Below are positions 47,177-57,503 of a DNA stretch of 64,000 nt, in pieces. Positions within the stretch are counted from its first letter, which is position 1, and the number at the start of each line of letters is the position of its first letter. The notes beneath the pieces were generated by a model. The model did no database searches. It worked only from the letters and a program-made list of their open reading frames with translations, and was not told the DNA's origin. Both the position numbers and the translations under genes were made by a program. Source of the stretch: Candidatus Woesearchaeota archaeon (GTDB lineage: Archaea; Nanobdellota; Nanobdellia; Woesearchaeales; UBA12501); contig JAUSFM010000014.1 of NCBI GenBank assembly GCA_030651375.1, positions 89,630-153,629 of the forward strand. Reading direction: 5' to 3'.

Positions 47177-49135
47177 ATGAAGCGCCAGAAAAAGACCGAA
47201 GCACGAGCCGAAGCAACGGCTGCAGCAATGGTGGCAACAGGAGAAACACGTCCGCCATTGATATTCAAAACCACGAAAGATCTAGTGGTGCCCGGCCGCA
47301 TGGTGGACCAGGTTATCGGCCAAGACGAGGCAGTCAATATTATCAAAAAAGCAGGACTCCAACGCCGCCATGTACTCCTTATCGGTGAGCCGGGTACAGG
47401 CAAATCAATGCTGGGCATGGCGCTTGCAGAACTGCTTCCCAAAGAAAAACTGGCTGACATTCTTGCCTATCCAAATCCGAATGATGAAAACCAGCCGCTC
47501 ATCCGCACGGCTGCCGCAGGCACGGGCAGAACGCTCGTGGCGCAGGCACGCCTTGAAAGCAATGGTGTGTTCAAAAACCAGAACATGATTTTTCTGATTA
47601 TTGCTATTGCGATTTCACTCGTGCCGTATTATTTGTACAGCAGGAAAATATTTCCGTTTGACAGCCCAGTCATTTATGCAGCATCAATGATTACCGGCGT
47701 CGTTTTTGTGCTGGGAATTATTCTCTTTATCAATCTCGGCAAGCGCGTGATGCCGAAAATCAATGTGCCAAAAATTGTGGTTGATAATTTTGGAAAAAAA
47801 GAAGCACCCTTTTTGGATGCAACCGGCGGACATGCCGGAGCACTGCTCGGTGACTGCCTGCACGACCCGTTCCAGACCGGCGGACTGGGCACGCCGGCGC
47901 ATGAGCGCATAGTAGCAGGCATGATTCACAAGGGGCATATGGGCGTGCTGTTTATCGACGAAATCGCTACGCTCCAGCCCCACACGCAGCAGGAACTGCT
48001 CACGGCAATGCAGGAAGGCAAGTACGCAATCACTGGCCAGAGCGAACGCAGCGCCGGCGCCATGGTCAGGACTGAAGCAGTGCCCTGCAATTTTATTCTC
48101 GTTGCCGCGGGCAATCTTGAAACACTCAAACACATGCACCCTGCGTTGCGCTCGCGCATTCGCGGGTATGGGTACGAAGTGTACATGAAAGAAACAATGA
48201 AGGACACGCCTGAAAACCGGGCACTCATCGCACGCCTCGTTGCACAGGAAGTGGTAAAGGACAAACGCATCCCGCATTTTACGCAGCAAGCAGTTGAAGT
48301 GATGGTGCAGGAAGCACGCAAAATGGCAAACCGCAAAGGCCACATCACGCTTCGGCTCCGTGAGCTCGGTGGACTGGTACGCGCTGCAGGAGACCTCGCT
48401 CTTGAAAGAAAACATCCAGCAGTCTCAGGGCAGGACGTGCTCGACGCGAAAAAATATGCGCGCACGCTGGAAAAACAGCTCGCGGACCAGCTGATTGAGC
48501 GCAGAAAAGAATATGAAGTTATCATCATTGAAGGCAAGCGAGTAGGACGAGTGAACGGGCTTGCTGTTATGGGCGGCGAAACAGGAATTTACTCAGGCAT
48601 TATTCTCCCCATTGAAAGCCAGGTCACGCCGGGCGGCAAGGAACGCCAAGTGGTCGCCACCGGAAAACTCGGTGAAATTGCCAAAGAGGCAATCAAAAAT
48701 GTTACTGCTATCATTAAAAAATATTTCGGCGAAGACATCAAGGAAAAACATGACATTTACGTCCAGTTTCTGCAGACCTATGAAGGGGTTGAGGGAGACA
48801 GCGCGAGCATTGCGGTTGCAACGTCAATTATTTCCGCGCTGAAAAATATCCCGGTGCGCCAAGACACGGCAATGACCGGAAGCCTTTCAGTGCGGGGCGA
48901 TGTGCTGCCTGTGGGCGGGGTGAGCGCAAAAGTGGAAGCGGCCATTGACTCAGGCCTGACGCAGGTTATTGTGCCACGATGCAATGTGCAGGACATTGTC
49001 GTGACTGAAGAAAAACTGAAGCTCATCAAAATTATTCCGGTTGATACCATCTCGCAAGTCCTGAAAGAAGCTCTGGATTGGAAGGGCAAGGAATCAGTGC
49101 TGAAGAAGATTATCGCGATGAATGGAAATAAGTAA
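47177..49135 (+). CDS. lonB: Archaeal membrane-bound Lon protease (LonB)
   Basis: Walker A 'GEPGTGKS', a two-TM insertion within the AAA+ module ([15 protein letters not shown]... / [14 protein letters not shown]), and a C-terminal Ser-Lys protease domain ([12 protein letters not shown]... / ...[14 protein letters not shown]). Confidence 0.85.
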   Translation: MKRQKKTEARAEATAAAMVATGETRPPLIFKTTKDLVVPGRMVDQVIGQDEAVNIIKKAGLQRRHVLLIGEPGTGKSMLGMALAELLPKEKLADILAYPNPNDENQPLIRTAAAGTGRTLVAQARLESNGVFKNQNMIFLIIAIAISLVPYYLYSRKIFPFDSPVIYAASMITGVVFVLGIILFINLGKRVMPKINVPKIVVDNFGKKEAPFLDATGGHAGALLGDCLHDPFQTGGLGTPAHERIVAGMIHKGHMGVLFIDEIATLQPHTQQELLTAMQEGKYAITGQSERSAGAMVRTEAVPCNFILVAAGNLETLKHMHPALRSRIRGYGYEVYMKETMKDTPENRALIARLVAQEVVKDKRIPHFTQQAVEVMVQEARKMANRKGHITLRLRELGGLVRAAGDLALERKHPAVSGQDVLDAKKYARTLEKQLADQLIERRKEYEVIIIEGKRVGRVNGLAVMGGETGIYSGIILPIESQVTPGGKERQVVATGKLGEIAKEAIKNVTAIIKKYFGEDIKEKHDIYVQFLQTYEGVEGDSASIAVATSIISALKNIPVRQDTAMTGSLSVRGDVLPVGGVSAKVEAAIDSGLTQVIVPRCNVQDIVVTEEKLKLIKIIPVDTISQVLKEALDWKGKESVLKKIIAMNGNK

Positions 49136-49146
49136 ACGCACTGAAC

Positions 49147-51240
49147 TCATCGCCGTGCCCCTACTTCTTTTCCTTCAGGTGTATATTTCTTGACATCGAT
49201 AACGCTCTCAACATTGCGGATGAGCGTGGTGAGCTGGTCAATGCCCACTGCTGGAGGAACATCCAGTTTGAACGTGATAACAACATTGTCTTTTTTGCTG
49301 CGTGTGTTCACCGCAAGCACATTAATGCCCTGGCGCGCAATGAGATTCAGAACCTGTGCCAGCAAGCCAACACGGTCATGGACCACGACTTTCAGTTTCT
49401 GAATGTTTTCAGTGTCGTCTTCTTTCCATGCTGCAACAAGCGCCTGGCTCTGGTTCAGCGTTGCGCTGTTCGGGCAGGCCTTTGCGTGAATCGTTATCTT
49501 TTTTTCTTTGGTCAAAAACGCGAGAATCGGCGTCTTGAATAGTGGTGCGCAACATTTTGAAAATTTAATCTGCGCCGGCTTCGGCTTCATGCCACTGATG
49601 ATTATTTTTTCTTTGAGCCGCACGCTAATGGGCGAGGCATCATCGTCTGCGCCCGAGACATCGGTCTTGATGTTAAGGATTGTTTTTATCTTACTGCGCG
49701 CCTTGCTACTTTTCACAAACGAAAGCCATGCCCGCGCTGGATGCGCATTGCGCTGGAGGGTGATATTAACGACATCGCCGCTTTTCAGCAGCGTGTCAAG
49801 CGCCACATTGAAGCCATTGACCTCGGCCCTGGTGCAGTGATTGCCAACGTTGGTATGGACGGCGTAGGCAAAATCAACCGGCGTTGATGCCTCCGGAAGA
49901 GAAATCGGGTCGCCTTTCGGCGTAAAGACGACAATTTCATTTTCAAACAAGTCAATGCGCAGGGTTTCGACAAACTCTTGCGCAGTTTTTGATTCCTGCT
50001 TCCATTCGAGCAGCTGCTTCAGCCAGCTCAGCTTCCGGTCAAACCGCTTGTCGCGTTCGCTGCCTTTGTACCGCCAGTGCGCAGCAATGCCCTCCTCGGC
50101 GAGGTTGTGCATTTCTTTTGTTCGTATCTGAATTTCAATAATTTTTCCGTGCGGGCTCACCACCGAGGTGTGCAGTGACTGGTAGCCGTTTGCCTTGGGC
50201 ACTGAAAGATAATCTTTGAACCTGCCGGGAATCGGCTTCCAAAGCTCATGCACTATGCCAAGCGCTGCGTAACATTCAGGAACCGTGCTCACGACGATAC
50301 GAATGGCGATAAGGTCGTAAATTTCTGAGAAATCTTTTTGTTTTTTCTTCATCTTTTGGTAGATGCTGTAAAAATATTTTGCCCGGCCAACAACATCCGC
50401 GGCAATCTGCGCTGCTTCTAATTTTTTGTGGATATGGGAAATAAGTTCCTTGGTATTTTTTTCGCGCTCTGCTCTTTTTTCTGAAATGCGCGCGCGTATT
50501 TTGTGGTACGATTCAGGCTCAACAACTTTGAACGCGAGGTCTTCAAGTTCGCCTTTCATCGAGCGCATGCCAAGCTTGTGCGCAATCGGCGCATAGATGT
50601 TCATTGTTTCTTGGGCAATGCGCTGTATTTTTTCGGGCCGGAATCCGCTCGTGCCGAGCGTGCGCATGTTATGGAGCCGATCAGCCAACTTGATGAGAAT
50701 AACGCGCACATCCTTTGCCGTGGCGAGGAGGATTTTCCGGATGTTTTCAGCAGTGTATTGCTCTTTTGACTCAAAGCGTATCTGAATTTTGGTCACGCCA
50801 TCAACCAGCGAGGATATTTCCTCACCGAATTCCTTTTTCAGCTGCTCGATGGTGACGCCGCAGTCTTCGACACAGTCGTGCAGCAGGGCGGCGCATAAGC
50901 TTGCTGAATCCGCCTTGAACGCCATGAGAATCGATGCTGTTTCAAGCGGGTGGATAAAATAGAATTCTCCTGAACTTCGCGTCTGGCCATGGTGCGCGTT
51001 GTGCGCAAAAATAAATGCTTTTTTCAGCTTGGAAAGGTCGGCATGGTGGTTATACTCCAAGACCTTTTTGAGAAATGTCTCGCAGCTTTCATGCGTGTGC
51101 GTGCCTTGGTCAAACGCGCGGATTTCTTCAAGCAGGTGTTCGGGGATAGAGGGAGTAGAGTGTGCCATGGCGGTGCCATTTTTTCCATTGCGCTTTAAAA
51201 GCGTTGTTAGGGAGGTTATCACGTCAGCCATAAGCATCAA
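49147..51240 (-). CDS. Long RelA/SpoT-homolog (p)ppGpp synthetase/hydrolase (HD, synthetase, TGS and ACT domains)
   Basis: HD motif 'HPLETASILMAFKADSASLCAALLHDCVEDC', synthetase 'DLIAIRIVV...GYQSLHTSV', TGS 'VVFTPKGDPISLPEASTPVDFAYAVHTNVG', and a C-terminal ACT-like region. 697 aa. Confidence 0.75.
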   Translation of the reverse strand: MMLMADVITSLTTLLKRNGKNGTAMAHSTPSIPEHLLEEIRAFDQGTHTHESCETFLKKVLEYNHHADLSKLKKAFIFAHNAHHGQTRSSGEFYFIHPLETASILMAFKADSASLCAALLHDCVEDCGVTIEQLKKEFGEEISSLVDGVTKIQIRFESKEQYTAENIRKILLATAKDVRVILIKLADRLHNMRTLGTSGFRPEKIQRIAQETMNIYAPIAHKLGMRSMKGELEDLAFKVVEPESYHKIRARISEKRAEREKNTKELISHIHKKLEAAQIAADVVGRAKYFYSIYQKMKKKQKDFSEIYDLIAIRIVVSTVPECYAALGIVHELWKPIPGRFKDYLSVPKANGYQSLHTSVVSPHGKIIEIQIRTKEMHNLAEEGIAAHWRYKGSERDKRFDRKLSWLKQLLEWKQESKTAQEFVETLRIDLFENEIVVFTPKGDPISLPEASTPVDFAYAVHTNVGNHCTRAEVNGFNVALDTLLKSGDVVNITLQRNAHPARAWLSFVKSSKARSKIKTILNIKTDVSGADDDASPISVRLKEKIIISGMKPKPAQIKFSKCCAPLFKTPILAFLTKEKKITIHAKACPNSATLNQSQALVAAWKEDDTENIQKLKVVVHDRVGLLAQVLNLIARQGINVLAVNTRSKKDNVVITFKLDVPPAVGIDQLTTLIRNVESVIDVKKYTPEGKEVGARR

Positions 51241-51276
51241 CTGGTTGAGCCAGTGGTCGGTGGATGGTAGAGTAAG

Positions 51277-51288
51277 ATTTATAATCTT
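51277..51288 (+). promoter_or_regulatory. TATA-like box (agatttataatc) about 15-25 nt upstream of kae1
   Basis: Lies in a 62-nt divergent intergenic region between the RelA/SpoT gene and kae1. Confidence 0.3.
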
Positions 51289-51302
51289 TTTGGTGTCTCG
51301 CC

Positions 51303-52343
51303 ATGTTTATGGCACCTAAAAAGCAACTTTGCCTCGGCATTGAAACAACCGCGCATACCTTCGGCGCCAGCGTTGTAGAGAGCACGGGAAAGATTCTATC
51401 GAATGAGAAAGATGCCTTTCAGACCGCCCGCGGAGGAATGATTCCATTTCAGGTAGCCCAGCACCATGTCGAAATCTGCGACGCAGTCATTACAAAGGCG
51501 CTGGCCGCTGCAGGCGCGGAAATAACTGATATCGACGTCATTGCGATCTCTTCATCGCCAGGCATCGGCCCCATGCTTCGCATCGGGTGTACCGCTGCAC
51601 GTTCACTTGCTGGATTGTATAAAAAGCCGCTTGTGCCCGTCAACCACTGCATTGCCCACCTTGAGATTGGCCGGCTTGTGAGCAAGGCAAAAGACCCGGT
51701 GCTGCTGTACGCCTCCGGCGCGAATACCCAGGTCATCGCATTTGAAGGGGGGAAATATCGCGTGTTTGGCGAAACGCTTGACATCGGCGTTGGAAATTTT
51801 CTGGATACGTTTGCACGGCACGCTAAACTCGGCTTTCCCGGCGGGCCAAAAATCGAGAAGCTTGCCGCTGCCTGCAAAAACAAGGAAAAACTTGTCGAGT
51901 TGCCGTACTGCGTCAAGGGCATGGACGTGACCTTCGGCGGCATGCTGACAAACATACAACAAAAATATGACCGCAGAGAGTATGCACTTGAAGATATTTC
52001 GTATGCAGTGCAGGAAACCGCCTTTGCCATGCTCGTCGAAATCAGTGAACGCGCGCTGGCGCATACTGGAAAAACAGAACTCGTGCTCGGCGGCGGCGTT
52101 GCCTGTAACAAACGGCTGCAGGAAATGTGCCGCATCATGTGTGAAGAACGAGGCGCGCAATGCTACTGTCCTGAAAACCAATTTCTGGTTGATAACGCTG
52201 CAATGATTGCGTGGACGGGACTACTCGAATACAACGCAGGAATAAAAATCGAGTGGCAGCACGCTGCACAACTGAAGAAGGATCCCTATTTGCGAACGGA
52301 TGAGGCGGATATACCGTGGCGGCTTCAGCCAAACACTCTCTGA
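51303..52343 (+). CDS. kae1: tRNA N6-adenosine threonylcarbamoyltransferase Kae1 (stand-alone, not fused to Bud32)
   Basis: 'LGIETTAHTFGASVVE', the Kae1/TsaD ASKHA fold with metal-binding His pair 'HCIAHLE'. 346 aa. Convergent overlap with tatD. Confidence 0.8.
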   Translation: MFMAPKKQLCLGIETTAHTFGASVVESTGKILSNEKDAFQTARGGMIPFQVAQHHVEICDAVITKALAAAGAEITDIDVIAISSSPGIGPMLRIGCTAARSLAGLYKKPLVPVNHCIAHLEIGRLVSKAKDPVLLYASGANTQVIAFEGGKYRVFGETLDIGVGNFLDTFARHAKLGFPGGPKIEKLAAACKNKEKLVELPYCVKGMDVTFGGMLTNIQQKYDRREYALEDISYAVQETAFAMLVEISERALAHTGKTELVLGGGVACNKRLQEMCRIMCEERGAQCYCPENQFLVDNAAMIAWTGLLEYNAGIKIEWQHAAQLKKDPYLRTDEADIPWRLQPNTL

Positions 52344-53128
52344 TAATTCATAAAAATTGCGTTGGCTGTTTCCGTCACGTCAAACCCTTTTATCTCTGCA
52401 ATCTTTTTGATGCTCAGAGCAATATTTGCCGGCTCATTTCGCTCGCCTTTCACCGGCCCCAAATAGGGCGCATCGGTTTCAGTGAATAGCTGGTTGATGT
52501 TGATTCGTTTGGTGAGTTCCTGAAACTGGGATGAAAACACCACATTTGTTGGTATCGAAAAATTGAACCCTGCGTCAGCAGCTTTCATCGCCAGCTTGAT
52601 TGCGCCGCCGAAACAATGCATCACTATGTTGACGGGCTTGATTGATGAGGACTGAAGCATGTCGATGCACTCTTTCTCTGCACTTCTCGAATGAATGATA
52701 ATTGGCTTTTTTAATTTTTCAGCAGCAGCAATCATCTGCTCAAACAATGGTTTTTGCTGGTCAAGAAATCCCTTAATCGTAAAATTATCAAGCCCTACTT
52801 CGCCGATGGCGACAATCTTGTTTTTTTCCTTTTTTCCTTCGCGCAGTATCCATGCAACTTCCGCATCGACGTCAAACCGCGGGAGCGCCAGAGGAAAGCG
52901 CGCGTTTTTTGTATGGTCCCAGAGAATGTTGACAGGATAAATGCCAACCGCGGCATACACGCTTGAATATTTTTGTGCCAATGAAATGCACGCCCGGTTT
53001 GTTTCCGTGTCGAGGCCGTTGGTAATACTGCGCTTCACACCGGCTTTTTCAGCCCGGGCAACTACCGCAGCGCAGTCTTTTTCAAACTGCGCGTCAAAAA
53101 GATGCGTGTGCACGTCAACGAGGTTCAT
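52325..53128 (-). CDS. tatD: TatD-family metal-dependent hydrolase/DNase
   Basis: N-terminal 'MNLVDVHTHL' plus later His/Asp/Glu metal ligands ('IIIHSR', 'MHCFGG', 'LFTETDAPYL'). Confidence 0.75.
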   Translation of the reverse strand: MNLVDVHTHLFDAQFEKDCAAVVARAEKAGVKRSITNGLDTETNRACISLAQKYSSVYAAVGIYPVNILWDHTKNARFPLALPRFDVDAEVAWILREGKKEKNKIVAIGEVGLDNFTIKGFLDQQKPLFEQMIAAAEKLKKPIIIHSRSAEKECIDMLQSSSIKPVNIVMHCFGGAIKLAMKAADAGFNFSIPTNVVFSSQFQELTKRININQLFTETDAPYLGPVKGERNEPANIALSIKKIAEIKGFDVTETANAIFMNYQRVFG

Positions 53129-53173
53129 GGATTTTCAGAAGCAGGCGCGCTATTTAAAGATTTGGATACCGAT

Positions 53174-53731
53174 TTAGAGTAACGCCTTGAGCAGTATCTC
53201 GGCAAACTTAGTGAAGAAAATATAATTGAAGATAACGCCGCCAACTGCAGAGGTAAAAGAGGAAAGCGGATTGTATCCAAACACGAACACGTACATAAAA
53301 AACAAAATCACATACAGCACAGCGGACAATCCGATGCCGACCCATACAATGTTTGCTGACGAAAAAAAAAGCGCAATGACGAGCAGGAAACCATACACGA
53401 CCATCTTGCCAAACATGGTTGCGCAGATTCTGCCGGTGGTAATATGCGAAATAAGAATCATCAGCACCATGCTGATGACGCCCACCCACACGCTGAATGT
53501 GAAAGTTAGAATGAGCGAGAAAAAAGTGATCAGCTCAAAGCCAATCGGCACATTCACTATCCGTTTATAGATAGTGGAAAGCCCGCCGAGAATAATCAGC
53601 CCAAGCACAATCAGCGGTTTTCTGAAGAGCACCACAAAGAGCAAAGCGAGGAGGACGAGAATATAAGTGAGCATGTGTTTCTTAAACTCGTGCACAATTT
53701 TTTGGGTATTTTTTGTGTCCATATTATCCAC
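53174..53731 (-). CDS. Polytopic membrane protein (paralog A of a tandem pair)
   Basis: 185 aa, about 5 TM. Shares 'FRK...V.....L.......RF.IV.LGIEL.TFF..ILT' with the upstream paralog. Confidence 0.4.
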   Translation of the reverse strand: MDNMDTKNTQKIVHEFKKHMLTYILVLLALLFVVLFRKPLIVLGLIILGGLSTIYKRIVNVPIGFELITFFSLILTFTFSVWVGVISMVLMILISHITTGRICATMFGKMVVYGFLLVIALFFSSANIVWVGIGLSAVLYVILFFMYVFVFGYNPLSSFTSAVGGVIFNYIFFTKFAEILLKALL

Positions 53732-54329
53732 CCAAGAGCCGCACCAGCGGCTCGCCGAAACGTGCGAACAGGAAATAATTCACCGCCAAATTGATGAGGA
53801 TAGTAACCGGCCCCCAGAAAAAGCTGAACTGTGACAAGAAACCCCAGACAAAGAAAAAAACAAGGTTCATAATCACCGCAAGAATCATGCCAATGACGAC
53901 AATGTTATAGCCCGACAAGAAGTAGGCCAGCAGACAGAGAAGCGGGTAGACCGCAAACTTTGCCAGCGTGTACACTGGCTCGCGCACGGACAGAAAATCA
54001 CCGAGCGCAATCATGGCAATGGTTGCGATGCTCGCGACCAGCGGGCCGTAGGCATACGTCAATACGATGGCAAAAAAAGTGTACAGCTCAATGCCAAGAG
54101 ACACGATGGTGAACCGTTTGTGGAGCGCGACGAGCGCCGCAAGGAGCACCATCATGAGGATGGTAAAAATGGTGACGAATGTTTTCCTGAATACAATGAC
54201 GAGAATTAGAAACAAAAACAGGAAGAGATAGGACTTCAAGCGCGTGCGCTGGACGAGATTTTTCAGCGCAGTATTCAATGCTTTCAGCTTTTGAATCCGT
54301 GCCTGCGCTACGTTGAAAGGAATCTTCAT
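53724..54329 (-). CDS. Polytopic membrane protein (paralog B of a tandem pair)
   Basis: 201 aa. Collinear with 53174..53731 and overlaps it by 8 nt. Confidence 0.4.
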   Translation of the reverse strand: MKIPFNVAQARIQKLKALNTALKNLVQRTRLKSYLFLFLFLILVIVFRKTFVTIFTILMMVLLAALVALHKRFTIVSLGIELYTFFAIVLTYAYGPLVASIATIAMIALGDFLSVREPVYTLAKFAVYPLLCLLAYFLSGYNIVVIGMILAVIMNLVFFFVWGFLSQFSFFWGPVTILINLAVNYFLFARFGEPLVRLLGG

Positions 54330-54351
54330 AATCGTTAAAAAAACCTATTCC

Positions 54352-55299
54352 CTATTTAATGTTTGCGATGCGCTCTTTCACCGCGCCATAAATTAAGGGC
54401 AGCGCAATCGTCGCGTCACAGATGACATCAACAAAGTCTGCTTTGACATTCATCTTGCCCCATGAGATTCCTTCTTTTAGGGGAGCGCCGCTGCTGCCGC
54501 CGGGCTCGGGATGGTCGGTGGTTATTTGCACGCCGTACGTCGCTGCGTTGGGCGCGAGCTGCATTGCCTGTTGGATATAATTTTTCGGCACGCCGCCGCC
54601 AATGTAGATGACGCCTGCTTTTTTCGTGTCCCACGCAATGTCCATGATTGATTTCAAGTCCTCAAATGCTTTTACCTGGGCTTTTTTTCCTTTTGCCAAC
54701 TGGCCCCATATCATCAGCCCGATGCCGGAGTCGGCCAATGCAGGACAGAAAATCGGAATGTTTTTTTCTGCGCACATTTTGAGGATTGAATCTTCTGGTG
54801 TGCATGTCAGAAGGCCGCCAACAGTTTTGAGGAGCTCAGGTATTGTTTCGATTGTCGAAAGCGTTTCAAAATGTTTTTCAAAAAAATCCTCGAGCCCCTC
54901 GTAGATGGTGTTGGGCATGAAGCTGTCAAACATGCGGTAGATATGCTGTTCGTTTAATTCTTTGTCATCTGCTATTTCAGTGCCGTGGTTGTGGTGATAC
55001 CCCAATGCTTCAGCCATGTCATGCGTCAGTGTTGCGCCGGTGGTGACGAATACCTTGATTCTACCGGACGCGAGCATATCGATGATGACTTTTTTCATGC
55101 CGCCCGGCACCATGGCGCCGGCGACGCCGAGGAAAATGGTACATTCATTGTCGCGGAACATTTTTTCCATGATGTCTGCTGCTTTCGCAACTCTGCCGGC
55201 ACCCATGACGGCGTTGCCCATTTCTTTGACAAGCTGGTTCACGCTCATGTTGGGAGCAAGGGCGATGTGCTTGATTGGACGGATGTTGGTCGAATTCAT
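54352..55299 (-). CDS. dys: Deoxyhypusine synthase
   Basis: 'TIFLGVAGAMVPGGMKKVIIDML...VFVTTGATLTHDMAEALGYHHNHG' and a C-terminal 'GGGVPKNY' NAD/spermidine site. 315 aa. Confidence 0.8.
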   Translation of the reverse strand: MNSTNIRPIKHIALAPNMSVNQLVKEMGNAVMGAGRVAKAADIMEKMFRDNECTIFLGVAGAMVPGGMKKVIIDMLASGRIKVFVTTGATLTHDMAEALGYHHNHGTEIADDKELNEQHIYRMFDSFMPNTIYEGLEDFFEKHFETLSTIETIPELLKTVGGLLTCTPEDSILKMCAEKNIPIFCPALADSGIGLMIWGQLAKGKKAQVKAFEDLKSIMDIAWDTKKAGVIYIGGGVPKNYIQQAMQLAPNAATYGVQITTDHPEPGGSSGAPLKEGISWGKMNVKADFVDVICDATIALPLIYGAVKERIANIK

Positions 55300-55401
55300 G
55301 ACGGTTGGGGAAGCCAGTTTATTTATATATGTTTGGGGAAGGTATTTAAAGGAAAATCAAACAACAAAATTTATAAAACCGTGCCCATCCCCGCTCGTAC
55401 T

Positions 55402-55872
55402 ATGGCAATTATCGGATTTAACTTTACCAAGATGCACGTTGAGCGCAAGGCACCTATTGCCGGCAAGATTTCAGTCAAGAATAACGTTTCTATCAAAGAC
55501 GTTGAAAAAAACGACTTCAACTTTGGCAAGGTAAAGCAAACCGGCCTGAAGTTTACATTCGAATTTACGGTTGACTACGAGCCAAAAATTGCAGACATCC
55601 TTCTTGAAGGCGAAGTGATTGACTTACAGGACGAGAAGCGCGCTGACGCTATTGTCAAAGAATGGAAGAAAAGCAAAAAGCTCGAGCCTGCAATCATGAC
55701 CTCCATTTTGAACACCGTGTTGAGCAAGGCAAACGTGCAGGCACTTATTATGAGCAGAGACATGAACCTTCCGCCGCCCATTCCGCTGCCGAAAGTAAAT
55801 GTACGGGGAAGCGGGAACACAAACGACACGGACGCGATGGAGTCTAATGAGACGGTTGAAGTGAAGAAGTGA
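55402..55872 (+). CDS. Hypothetical protein (track ORF trimmed to ATG 55402; the upstream part is antisense to dys)
   Basis: 156 aa, beta-rich N-terminus, Pro-rich C-terminus. Confidence 0.3.
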   Translation: MAIIGFNFTKMHVERKAPIAGKISVKNNVSIKDVEKNDFNFGKVKQTGLKFTFEFTVDYEPKIADILLEGEVIDLQDEKRADAIVKEWKKSKKLEPAIMTSILNTVLSKANVQALIMSRDMNLPPPIPLPKVNVRGSGNTNDTDAMESNETVEVKK

Positions 55873-55955
55873 GCAACAGAGTACCTGTACTAATTAGAAA
55901 AGATTAGAAGAATAAAAAAATTCTATCGGCGAATTCCGACAAAGAGATTCAACCA

Positions 55956-57500
55956 TTATCTCACACTCCCTATTCCTGCACCGATTGTTTTCGACAACGC
56001 TCGCGCTGGTTCATAACTTGGATCAATGCGAAGTACCGTAGCAACAGCGTGGCGTGCTCCTGCATAATTTCGTTGTCGTGCAAGCAGTTGCGCCATTTCA
56101 TAATGCGCGCGGATATGTTGCGGATCTGCGACCACGACTTGGTTAAATGCAGTTATTGCTCCGGTAACATCTCCCTTGACTGCCCGCTGGCAGCCAAACA
56201 TGTAGGTACCGACGAGACGCTGCTCGCGAACGGTATCTTTGGGCAGGCGCTGAAATGCGGCAAGCGCTTCAGTATTTCTGCCATAGCGCATAAGGCGAAC
56301 CGCTGCTTCATATCCGTTTCCTTTTGTAAGCCGTTCATAGAGCTCTGCAGTTTTACCTGCAACGGTTTTGATACTATATTCTGTTGCTGCGGTTGTTTGT
56401 GCGCGACGGCACATAGTGCCTGCTTCTCGCCCGTCGAGTTTTCCCATAACTTGCACAACTGTATCGGTTAATGAGCGTGTGGTTGGCTGCATGCCCCATG
56501 CCAGTCCCGGGTCAACAAACAATTCTTTAGGTGCACTATTTGCAGTGATAGCAACAGGAATGCCACGAATCATAGCGTCTGCTGCTGACAGACTGAAACT
56601 TTCATAATCGCTGGGCACGAGCACGAGGTCTGCTCGGCGGTACCATTCACCCAATTTCACCGGATCCATTATTCGCCCTGCAAAATAAACATCGCCTGCA
56701 ACTGCTCCCAATCGAGTGGCCATATAGTTTTTGATGTTCGGATTTCCATCACCTACAATGACAAGCCGCGCGCGCTTGCGCAGTGCGGTGCGTGCATGCT
56801 GATGAATTGCTGGGAACGCTTCAGCAATGCGCTCAAGCCCCTTGCGTTCGGCAATGCGCCCGACATACAAAAGCACAAGGTCATCAGGGGAAATAGGTGG
56901 CGCACCGGGTGCGGTTGTTCGCCGTAAGGTATCCCGTGTTCCGTGTTCTAAGGGAAGTTCAACACCATTGGGAATAAGGATTGTTTTTTCGCGCAAATCC
57001 TTACGCCCATTAATGACTGATTCCCTGCCAAAAACTGAAAAACACACGAGCGCGTCTGAAGCATCATACACGCGAAAGCGGGTGTCATGGGGATTATGTT
57101 GCTGCTTTGGGTCCATAAGCACAAAATGAGTAGTAGTCACTTTTGGCACGCCGGCAAACCGGCGCTCAATCGCATCCATGCCGCCGTACGGCTCGCCGAA
57201 ATAAATGCCGTGAAAGTGAACCACGTCATACGCGCCCGGCGGAACGCTTTGAAGAAAAGAGTCAATTGATGGAAACGTCCGTTTCGGCATTGTTTCAGGG
57301 CGCTGCGTTGATGGCGCATACAAATGGACGCTGCGGTTGACCAGCGTGCCGTTTTGTTTGTACGGAAAAAAAGTTGCAACAGCTGCTTCAACCCTCCCCT
57401 GCTGATTGAGTTCTTTAAATAAGAGTTCGGTAACTGCTCCAACGCCGCCGTGCATGCGTGTTGCAAAAGGGCTCATGAAGAGAATTTTTGGTTTCGCCAT
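55956..57500 (-). CDS. GT4-family glycosyltransferase (GT-B fold) fused to C-terminal TPR repeats
   Basis: 'LLYVGRIAERKGLERIAEAF' and 'ADLVLVPSDYESFSLSAADAMIRGIPVAIT' (E-x7-E region), followed by 34-residue TPR-like repeats. Confidence 0.6.
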   Translation of the reverse strand: MAKPKILFMSPFATRMHGGVGAVTELLFKELNQQGRVEAAVATFFPYKQNGTLVNRSVHLYAPSTQRPETMPKRTFPSIDSFLQSVPPGAYDVVHFHGIYFGEPYGGMDAIERRFAGVPKVTTTHFVLMDPKQQHNPHDTRFRVYDASDALVCFSVFGRESVINGRKDLREKTILIPNGVELPLEHGTRDTLRRTTAPGAPPISPDDLVLLYVGRIAERKGLERIAEAFPAIHQHARTALRKRARLVIVGDGNPNIKNYMATRLGAVAGDVYFAGRIMDPVKLGEWYRRADLVLVPSDYESFSLSAADAMIRGIPVAITANSAPKELFVDPGLAWGMQPTTRSLTDTVVQVMGKLDGREAGTMCRRAQTTAATEYSIKTVAGKTAELYERLTKGNGYEAAVRLMRYGRNTEALAAFQRLPKDTVREQRLVGTYMFGCQRAVKGDVTGAITAFNQVVVADPQHIRAHYEMAQLLARQRNYAGARHAVATVLRIDPSYEPARALSKTIGAGIGSVR

Positions 57501-57503
57501 GGT

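Noticed and set aside
47684-48537. Minus-strand ORFs 47684..48415 and 47926..48537
   Set aside because: Antisense inside lonB, which has unambiguous Walker and protease motifs on the plus strand.
51449-52181. Minus-strand ORFs 51449..52138 and 51603..52181
   Set aside because: Antisense inside kae1.
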